From assembly GCA_035492135.1 (NCBI GenBank), contig DATJJN010000015.1, forward strand, positions 8,263 to 40,262: a DNA stretch of 32,000 nt, read 5' to 3'. Under the pieces are notes generated by a model. It searched no databases. It was given only the letters and a program-made list of their open reading frames with translations, and was not told the origin of the DNA. Below, piece after piece: positions 26,058 through 32,000 of this stretch. A program made the translations under genes and the position numbers. Origin of the DNA: Paraburkholderia sp. GTDB taxonomy: Bacteria > Pseudomonadota > Gammaproteobacteria > Burkholderiales > Burkholderiaceae. How positions within the stretch are numbered: the stretch's first letter is position 1; every line of letters begins with the position of its first letter.

Positions 26058-27688
26058 CAGTGGCCGGCGGACGGTGTCCGCGGCGTCGGCTTTTTCAGCA
26101 GCATCGCGAGCGGAACGCACGCGGCGAGCGCGATGCCCAGCAGCCAGAACGTTTCGGAATACGTCATCACGATCGCCTGCTGGTGAATCTGCGACGCGAT
26201 CTGCGCGAGCGAACGCATCTGCGAATACGCGGCGTCGCCGGTCTGCGCGATCCAGTTCGCCGCGCCGGCCGCGACGCGGTCCTGACCGATCAGCGAATTC
26301 GCGGACAGCGACTCGCGCAGCGTCGCGTCGTGGAACGTCGTGCGCCGGTCGATCACCGTGCCGATGACCGCGAGCCCGACCGAGCCGCCGAGATTGCGCG
26401 CCATGTTGTAGAGCCCGGCCGCGTCGGCGGAGTCCGCGCGCGACACGGCCGCCATCGACGCCTGGTTCAGCGGCATCATCGCGAGCACCTGCGCGGCGCC
26501 GCGAATCACTTGCGACCACGTGAAGTCGTGGCCGACGCTCTGCGCGGTCAGGCTGATGTCGAGCATGCAGCTCAGCGTGAACATCAGCAGCCCGGTCACG
26601 ACCAGCACGCGAAAATCGACCTTGCCGAGCAGGCGCGGCAGGACCGGCATCATCAGGAACGCGGGCAGCCCGGACAGCAACATGATCGCGCCCGACTGCT
26701 CCGCGTTGTAGCCGGCGACGATCGCGAGGAACTGCGGCAGCAGATACGACACGCCGTAAAACGCCGCGCCGATCACGAACACGATGACGATCACGCTCGC
26801 ATAGCTCGGGTTGCGCATCAGCGAAAGCCGCATGATCGGCTTTTTCGCGGTCAGCTGCGAAATGGCGATCAGCGCCATGCCGGCTAGCGTCACCCACGTC
26901 AGCACGACGATCAGGCTCGACTCGAACCATTGTTCGCGCTGCCCTTCTTCGAGCACGACGGTGAGCGAACTCAGGCCGATCGCGAGGCCCGCGATGCCGA
27001 CCCAGTCCGCGTGCAGGAACTCGCGCCACTGCGGCCGGTCCGGCTTCAGCCCGACGACGAGCAGCGTGATCAGCGCGATGCACACCGGCAGGTTGATGAA
27101 AAAGCACCACGTCCAGCTGATGTTCTCCGCGAGCCAGCCGCCGAGCACCGGGCCGAGCAGCGGCCCGAGCAGCACGATCAGACCGAACACGGTCATGCCG
27201 ACCGGCAGCTGCGACACGGGAAGCCGCGTGCGGATGATCGTCTGCGCGGTCGGGATCATCGCGCCGCCGGTAAAGCCCTGGCCGATGCGGCCGGCGATCA
27301 TCACCGGCAGCGAGTGCGACCAGCCGCACATCATCGAGAAGGCAATGAACAGCGCCGAATTCGCGAGCAGGAAATTGCGCAGTCCGAATACCCGCGTGAG
27401 CCACGCGGCGAGCGGGATCATCACGATCTCGGACATCAGGTAGCCGGTCGAGATCCACGTGCCCTCGGTGCCGGTCGCGCCGATCTCGCCCTGGATCTGC
27501 GGCAGCGCGGAGTTCGTGATCGAGATGTCGAGCAGCGCCATCAATGCGCCGAGCGAGCCCGCCGCAACGGCGATCCAGTCCGCCGCGCTCGCGCGTTCCG
27601 CATGCGCTTCGTTCGGCGAGCCGGCCGGCTTCGCGCTGGCCGCGTCAGCCACGGTGATTCTCGGCGGCGATGCGCGCGTCCTGCGCAC
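26057..27688 (-). CDS. DHA2-family MFS drug efflux permease (EmrB/QacA-like, 14 TMS)
   Basis: LMALLDISITNSALPQIQGEIG, GRIGQGFTGGAM and many hydrophobic segments over about 530-543 aa. The start is ambiguous between 27688 and the GTG at 27652, which overlaps the emrA-like stop by 8 nt. Confidence 0.9.
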   Translation of the reverse strand: MRRTRASPPRITVADAASAKPAGSPNEAHAERASAADWIAVAAGSLGALMALLDISITNSALPQIQGEIGATGTEGTWISTGYLMSEIVMIPLAAWLTRVFGLRNFLLANSALFIAFSMMCGWSHSLPVMIAGRIGQGFTGGAMIPTAQTIIRTRLPVSQLPVGMTVFGLIVLLGPLLGPVLGGWLAENISWTWCFFINLPVCIALITLLVVGLKPDRPQWREFLHADWVGIAGLAIGLSSLTVVLEEGQREQWFESSLIVVLTWVTLAGMALIAISQLTAKKPIMRLSLMRNPSYASVIVIVFVIGAAFYGVSYLLPQFLAIVAGYNAEQSGAIMLLSGLPAFLMMPVLPRLLGKVDFRVLVVTGLLMFTLSCMLDISLTAQSVGHDFTWSQVIRGAAQVLAMMPLNQASMAAVSRADSADAAGLYNMARNLGGSVGLAVIGTVIDRRTTFHDATLRESLSANSLIGQDRVAAGAANWIAQTGDAAYSQMRSLAQIASQIHQQAIVMTYSETFWLLGIALAACVPLAMLLKKPTPRTPSAGH

Positions 27689-28790
27689 GCGCGGAACGCG
27701 TATCGACGTCGGCCGTCACCGACATGCCCGGCAGCAACACCGAACGCGTCTCGGGACCGGTATCGATGCGAATGCGCACCGGCACGCGCTGCACGATCTT
27801 CGTGAAGTTGCCGGTCGCGTTTTCCGGCGGCAGCAGCGCGAACTGCGAGCCGGTGCCCGGCGAGAAGCTGTCGACGACGCCGTGCAGCACGTGGCCCGGC
27901 AACGCGTCCACATGCAGTTCGACCGGCTGGCCGATGCGCATCCGGCCAATCTGCGTCTCCTTGAAATTCGCTTCGAGATACGTGCTTTGCACGGGCACGA
28001 CCGTCATCATCCGCGTGCCGGGCTGCACGTACTGGCCGACGCGCACCGAACGGTCGCCGATACGGCCCGCGAGCGCGCTCTTCACGACCGTGTTGTCGAG
28101 ATCGAGCTGCGCCTGCGCGGCATTCGCGCGTGCCGCTTCGAGCTGCGCATTGGCCTGCGCGAGCTGCGCCTGCAGCGCCGCGATCTGCGTGCGCGCGGCC
28201 TCGACCGACGCGGCGTTCGCGGCCAGCGTCGCCGCGGCCTGGTCGCGCGTGCTCGTGAGTTCCGCGAGCCGCTCGGTCGTCTCCGCGCCGGTGGCCGCGA
28301 GCGGCGCATAGCGCGCGACTTCGTCGTTCGCATGGCGCAGGTTCACGCGCGCGACCTGCTGCTGCGCCTCGGTTTGCGCGATGTTCGCGCGCTGCTGGTC
28401 GATCTGCGCGTTCGCGTGCTGAATGTCGGCGCGGCGCGCATCGACGGTGGCGAGCGCCTGATCGAGCGCGACCTGGTACTGGCGCGTGTCGAGCTTCACG
28501 AGCGCGTCGCCGACCTTCACCGTCTGGTTGTCCGCGACGTACACGTCCGTCACATAGCCGCTGACCTTCGGCGCGATCGTCACGCTGTCGGCCTGCAGAT
28601 ACGCGTCGTCGGTCGATTCGATGAAGCGCCCGACGGTCCACCAGCGCGCGAACCACACGGCCGCGACGATCAGCGCGACGATGCCGATTGCGATCAGGAC
28701 GTTGCGCCTCGTGGAGCGCCGCGCGCCCGTTTCGGTGTTGCCCGGCTCGCGAGGTACATCGCGGGGAGGCGCGCCAGCGGTTGTAGACAT
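27645..28790 (-). CDS. HlyD-family membrane fusion protein (EmrA-like)
   Basis: An N-terminal anchor VLIAIGIVALIVAAVWFARWW is followed by lipoyl-like and long coiled-coil segments (QAQLAQANAQLEAARANAAQAQLDL), then a beta-barrel with PGMSV. The start is the ATG at 28790 (MSTTAG..) or the TTG at 28808. Confidence 0.9.
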   Translation of the reverse strand: MSTTAGAPPRDVPREPGNTETGARRSTRRNVLIAIGIVALIVAAVWFARWWTVGRFIESTDDAYLQADSVTIAPKVSGYVTDVYVADNQTVKVGDALVKLDTRQYQVALDQALATVDARRADIQHANAQIDQQRANIAQTEAQQQVARVNLRHANDEVARYAPLAATGAETTERLAELTSTRDQAAATLAANAASVEAARTQIAALQAQLAQANAQLEAARANAAQAQLDLDNTVVKSALAGRIGDRSVRVGQYVQPGTRMMTVVPVQSTYLEANFKETQIGRMRIGQPVELHVDALPGHVLHGVVDSFSPGTGSQFALLPPENATGNFTKIVQRVPVRIRIDTGPETRSVLLPGMSVTADVDTRSARAQDARIAAENHRG

Positions 28791-28809
28791 GGTGGTTTTC
28801 CGGTTCAAT

Positions 28810-28845
28810 TTATTCCAGCCGGAAGAATTATTCCATCCGGAAAAA
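28810..28845. repeat. Tandem 18-bp direct repeat TTATTCCAGCCGGAAGAA / TTATTCCATCCGGAAAAA; candidate TetR operator pair
   Basis: Read directly: 28810-27 and 28828-45 are contiguous and match at 16 of 18 positions. Each unit contains a TTCC-N4-GGAA imperfect palindrome. A further TTTTCCGG at 28796-28803 is the inverse of CCGGAAAA at 28837-28844. Confidence 0.65.
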
Positions 28846-28854
28846 TTCTGTCAA
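28827..28854 (-). promoter_or_regulatory. Sigma70-type promoter for the emrA-like efflux operon
   Basis: The minus strand reads TTGACA (28854-28849), 16 nt of spacer, then AATAAT (28832-28827). That is a perfect -35 and a 5/6 match to the -10. The tandem repeat overlaps the -10 and the spacer. Confidence 0.55.
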
Positions 28855-28855
28855 G

Positions 28856-28864
28856 TGCTATATT
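28856..28864 (+). promoter_or_regulatory. Extended -10 promoter element for the TetR-family gene
   Basis: TGCTATATT (TGn plus TATATT) ends 35 nt upstream of the ATG at 28899. There is no good -35, which fits an extended -10 promoter. It lies back-to-back with the efflux -35 box. Confidence 0.45.
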
Positions 28865-28898
28865 TCTGCGTTCAACGTGAAAGAGAGATGCAAGCAAG

Positions 28899-29720
28899 AT
28901 GAACGCGACCCGGCGGCTTCGCCATTCCCCCGAAGGCGGTTATGCACGCGGCGACGAAACGCGGCGCAGGATCATCGACGCGGCGATCGCACTGTTCGGG
29001 CAGCACGGCTTCGACGGCGCGTCCACGCGCGACATCGCCGCGCGCGCGGGCGTCAACGCGCCGGCGCTGCAGTATTACTTCGAGAACAAGGAAGGGCTGT
29101 ATCGCGCGTGCGCAGAGACGTTCGCCGAGGAGTCGTGGCAAGCGCTCGAACCGGCCGTCACGCTGGCGCGCGATGCGCTTTTGCGCGACGCCGGCACGTC
29201 GGCGCTGATCGACGCGTTCATCGGGATTCAGGAGGCCGTCGCGGAGCGGATGTTCGTGAAGCGCCGCGCGACGACCGACCAGCGTCTGTTCTTCGCGCGC
29301 GAGCAGGCAGGCGGCGAACCCGATATCGGCAAACAGGTGCTGATGGAACGCGTGCGCATGCCGCTGCATCAGGTCAGCACGCAGTTGCTCGAACGGATCA
29401 GCGGCGTGCCGGCCGGCGATCCGCTGACGATCGTGCGGATGTACAGCCTGCACGGGCAGTTGCTGTATTTCTGCATCGCGCACGACACGGCGATGACGAT
29501 GCTCGGCTGGAGCGAACTCGACGAAGACAAGGCGGCGCTGCTCAAGGACAACATGCGCGCGCAAAGCCGCGTGCTGCTCGAACACTGGAGCCGCGAGCGG
29601 CTTGCGCGCGAGCGTGCGGCGGCGAAGACGGCCGGCACGAAGCGGAAAACCCCGGCGCGCCCGGTCGCGACGAAGCAGGCCGTGACGGCGAAGCGAGCCG
29701 TGGGCAAGCGCAGCGCGTAA
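28899..29720 (+). CDS. TetR/AcrR-family transcriptional regulator with CerR-type C-terminal domain and a basic Lys/Ala-rich tail
   Basis: The N-terminal helix-turn-helix is RRRIIDAAIALFGQHGFDGASTRDIAARAGVNAPALQYYFENKEGLY. The QYYFxxKEGLY continuation is typical of the CerR/DUF1956-type subgroup. The gene is divergent from the efflux operon. Confidence 0.9.
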   Translation: MNATRRLRHSPEGGYARGDETRRRIIDAAIALFGQHGFDGASTRDIAARAGVNAPALQYYFENKEGLYRACAETFAEESWQALEPAVTLARDALLRDAGTSALIDAFIGIQEAVAERMFVKRRATTDQRLFFAREQAGGEPDIGKQVLMERVRMPLHQVSTQLLERISGVPAGDPLTIVRMYSLHGQLLYFCIAHDTAMTMLGWSELDEDKAALLKDNMRAQSRVLLEHWSRERLARERAAAKTAGTKRKTPARPVATKQAVTAKRAVGKRSA

Positions 29721-29738
29721 CGCCGCGACGTCGTTAAA

Positions 29739-31889
29739 TCAGCTGGCCGATTCCGTTTGCGTTTGCGCGTGCGCCCATGCCACGCACGCATCGGCCACCC
29801 GCTCGACGAGCGCGTCCCATCGCTCGCCGTCGCGCGGCCAGAAAAGCCGCATCGAATCCGGATACCACGGCGAGTCGTCGCGTCCGCGCATCCAGCGCCA
29901 GTCGACGTCGTGACCCGGCAGCATCACCCAGCACGGCTTGCCCATCGACGCCGCGAGATGCGCGGTCGACGTATCCACGCAGATCACCAGATCGAGCAGC
30001 TCGACGATCGCCGCCGTATCCGCGAAGTCCGCGATCTCGTGGCCGAGCGCGACGAGCGGTTGATCGGGCGATGGATTGCGCGCATCGTCCTCGCCTCGCC
30101 CCTTCTGCAGGCTCACGAATTCGACGGACGGCGCGCGCCACAGCGGCGCGAGCGCCGCGAGCGACGGCACCGAGCGATTCGCGTCGTTGTGATGCCGCGG
30201 ATTGCCCTTCCACACGAGACCGACGCGCTTGCGCCCGCCGACCGCACCGAGCCGTGCGCGCCAGCGTTCGACGCGCGCCGCCTCCGGCACGAAACGCAGC
30301 GGCGCCGGAATCGTGTCGAGCGTCGTGCGCAGACGAAACGGCACGCTGATCAAGCTCGTCCAGCAGTCGTAGCGCGACGACTGCGCAGCCGCTTCGTGGT
30401 GGTCGAGCACCGCATCCACGCCGGCCACGCGTGCAAACAGCGGCCGCAAGGTGGGCACGCACGCGAACGCGATATGCGCGGCGCCCAGCGCTTTCAGTCC
30501 GGCGAAATACCGCCCGAACTGCAGCATGTCGCCGAGCCCGTCCTCCTGCCACACGAACACGGACTTGCCCGCCAGCGGCTCGCCCTGCCATTGCGGACAC
30601 TGCAGCAGCGTGCGCGTGCGGTGATGCACGAAGTTCGGCTGTTCGTAGCGCGACTCGTACAGCGCCCATCCTTCGTCGAAGCGCCCGTGCGCGAGCAGCA
30701 GCACGGCGAGGCCGAACTTCGCGTCGGCATAGTCGGCGCGCAGTGCGATCGCGCGACGATATTCGGCTTCCGCTTCGTCGGCGCGGCCGAGTTCCCTCAG
30801 CACGCCGGCGAGGTTGTTGTGCGCCTCGGGAAGCTCCTCGTTCACCGCGAGCGTGCTGCGGAACGCGTCGATGGCTTCGTCGATGCGATCCTGCGCGCGC
30901 AGCACGCAGCCCAGATTGTTGTGCGCGTGCACGAGATCCGGCTGGCAGACGATCGCGCGCCGATACGCGACTTCGGCTTCCGGCAGTCGCTCCAGCGCAT
31001 GCAGCGCAATGCCGAGGTTGTAATGCGCCTGCGCATAATTCGGGCGATGCGCGAGCGCCGTGCGGTACGACGCTTCGGCGTCGCTCGTGCGTTTGAGCGC
31101 CATCAGCACCGCGCCGAGATTCAGGTGCGCTTCCGCGTAGTCGGCCCGCGCGCCGGTCGCGAGACGGAACGCCAGTTCCGCCTCCGGAAGGCGCCCCGCC
31201 GCATGCAGCAGACTGCCGAGCTGGTTCAGCGCGTCCGCATCGCGCGGATTCAGCGACAGCGCGCGTTGATACGCGGCCGCCGCGTCGTCGTGGCGGCCGA
31301 GCGCGCACAGCGCATTGCCGAGACCCGTGTGCGACTTCGCGTGATCCGGACGCAACGCGATCGCCGCGCGCCAGGCCGCTTCGGCCTCGTCGAACCGCCC
31401 TGCTTCGTGCAACAGCACGCCGAGATTGCCATGTGCCTGCGCGTGGTCCGGCTGCAATTCGATCGCGCGTCGCCACGCGGCTTCCGCGCCCGCGCCGCGG
31501 CCCATCGCGTGCAACACGGTGCCGAGGTTGTTGTGCGCGTGCACGTCGTCGGGACGCAGCGTCAGCCACTGGCGGTACGTGGCTTCCGCATCCGCGAGTC
31601 GCCCCTGGGTTTGCAGCAGGATGCCGAGGCCGTTGTACGCGTCCGGGAAATCCGGCTGCGCGGCGATGCAGCGACGCCACCGCGCTTCGGCATCGGCGAG
31701 CCGGCCTAGCGCGAGCGACGCGGTCGCCGCGACGTTGAGCGCGACGACATCCGGCGCGTGTACATCGGATGCGACGAGCGGCTCGACGAGCGCGAGCGCG
31801 TCGGCGAACTGCGCCGCCGAGCACAGCGACACCGCGCGTCGCAACGTATCGTCCGCCAGCGGGACGGGATCGGGATGGGTCGTACTCAC
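29739..31889 (-). CDS. Tetratricopeptide-repeat protein fused to a C-terminal GT9-like (heptosyltransferase-fold) glycosyltransferase domain
   Basis: About 11-12 consecutive 34-residue TPR units cover the first ~400 aa (recurrent A.NNLG..L...GR..EAE..YRRAI.L.PD). The C-terminal ~300 aa carry GLGDMLQFGRYFAGLKALG and ICVDTSTAHLAASMGKPCWVML, resembling the two signature regions of GT9 enzymes. The start is the GTG at 31889, with no in-frame ATG nearby. Confidence 0.8.
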   Translation of the reverse strand: MSTTHPDPVPLADDTLRRAVSLCSAAQFADALALVEPLVASDVHAPDVVALNVAATASLALGRLADAEARWRRCIAAQPDFPDAYNGLGILLQTQGRLADAEATYRQWLTLRPDDVHAHNNLGTVLHAMGRGAGAEAAWRRAIELQPDHAQAHGNLGVLLHEAGRFDEAEAAWRAAIALRPDHAKSHTGLGNALCALGRHDDAAAAYQRALSLNPRDADALNQLGSLLHAAGRLPEAELAFRLATGARADYAEAHLNLGAVLMALKRTSDAEASYRTALAHRPNYAQAHYNLGIALHALERLPEAEVAYRRAIVCQPDLVHAHNNLGCVLRAQDRIDEAIDAFRSTLAVNEELPEAHNNLAGVLRELGRADEAEAEYRRAIALRADYADAKFGLAVLLLAHGRFDEGWALYESRYEQPNFVHHRTRTLLQCPQWQGEPLAGKSVFVWQEDGLGDMLQFGRYFAGLKALGAAHIAFACVPTLRPLFARVAGVDAVLDHHEAAAQSSRYDCWTSLISVPFRLRTTLDTIPAPLRFVPEAARVERWRARLGAVGGRKRVGLVWKGNPRHHNDANRSVPSLAALAPLWRAPSVEFVSLQKGRGEDDARNPSPDQPLVALGHEIADFADTAAIVELLDLVICVDTSTAHLAASMGKPCWVMLPGHDVDWRWMRGRDDSPWYPDSMRLFWPRDGERWDALVERVADACVAWAHAQTQTESAS

Positions 31890-32000
31890 GTGGGGCCAGC
31901 CGGTTGCTTGGCGCGCGACGCGCGCGGGACTCGCAGTGGACGTGCGAGCGGTCAGCGTGCAGCTTAGGGCAAGCCCCCGGCGCGCGACGCGCGGAAATGA

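Noticed and set aside
24543-27458. 971-aa ORF suggesting a giant fused efflux protein
   Set aside because: Only the last 504 codons look like an outer-membrane factor, with a lipobox right after the ATG at 26057. The upstream 467 codons are an alternative frame of the EmrB-like gene, which has its own clear MFS translation.
1-32000. Scan for mobile elements, CRISPR arrays, tRNA/rRNA genes, toxin-antitoxin or defence-system hallmarks
   Set aside because: No spacer-repeat arrays were found. No T-loop-like GGTTCGAATCC motifs occur in the intergenic regions. There are no transposase, integrase or recombinase-like ORFs and no flanking long inverted or direct repeats. The only compositional breaks are the two short AT-rich promoter regions (1232-1534 and 28795-28898). 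The window reads as core chromosome rather than an accessory island.

Overview
High-GC bacterial chromosomal segment with almost all third codon positions G/C. The proteins look Burkholderia-like, but that is inference only. I call 28 protein-coding genes and find no rRNA, tRNA, CRISPR array, transposase or integrase. Left to right: the 5' end of a giant BapA-type repetitive adhesin, which runs off the left edge and is absent from the ORF track, with an unusually AT-rich upstream region; a same-strand trio of beta-propeller protein, fatty-acid hydroxylase/sterol-desaturase-family protein and class I DAHP synthase; mntH; zwf; three tiny or uncharacterised genes; a Zn-alcohol dehydrogenase; an NtaA/DszA-type LLM monooxygenase and an aldo/keto reductase; a small lipoprotein; ilvD; a translationally coupled YeeE/YedE plus TusA-like pair; a 70-aa membrane protein plus a PPC/DUF296 protein; an FGGY kinase divergent from an aldehyde dehydrogenase and a second LLM monooxygenase paralog; a coupled catalase-like haem protein and cytochrome b561; an EmrA/EmrB/outer-membrane-factor efflux operon with a divergent TetR (CerR-type) regulator; and a TPR protein fused to a GT9-like glycosyltransferase domain. 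Many very long ORFs in the track (up to 1019 aa) are antisense or alternative-frame artefacts of the high G+C content, and I rejected them. I do not see a clear multi-gene novel system such as a defence island, mobile element or toxin module. The items most worth follow-up are the TPR-GT9 fusion, the back-to-back efflux/TetR promoters with a tandem 18-bp repeat, the AT-rich adhesin control region, a weak sulfur-scavenging theme (Cys-free LLM monooxygenase, thiosulfate-type transporter pair, srpA-like catalase relative), and several exact short repeats in intergenic regions. All coordinates and motifs come from reading the sequence by eye. No database search was possible.
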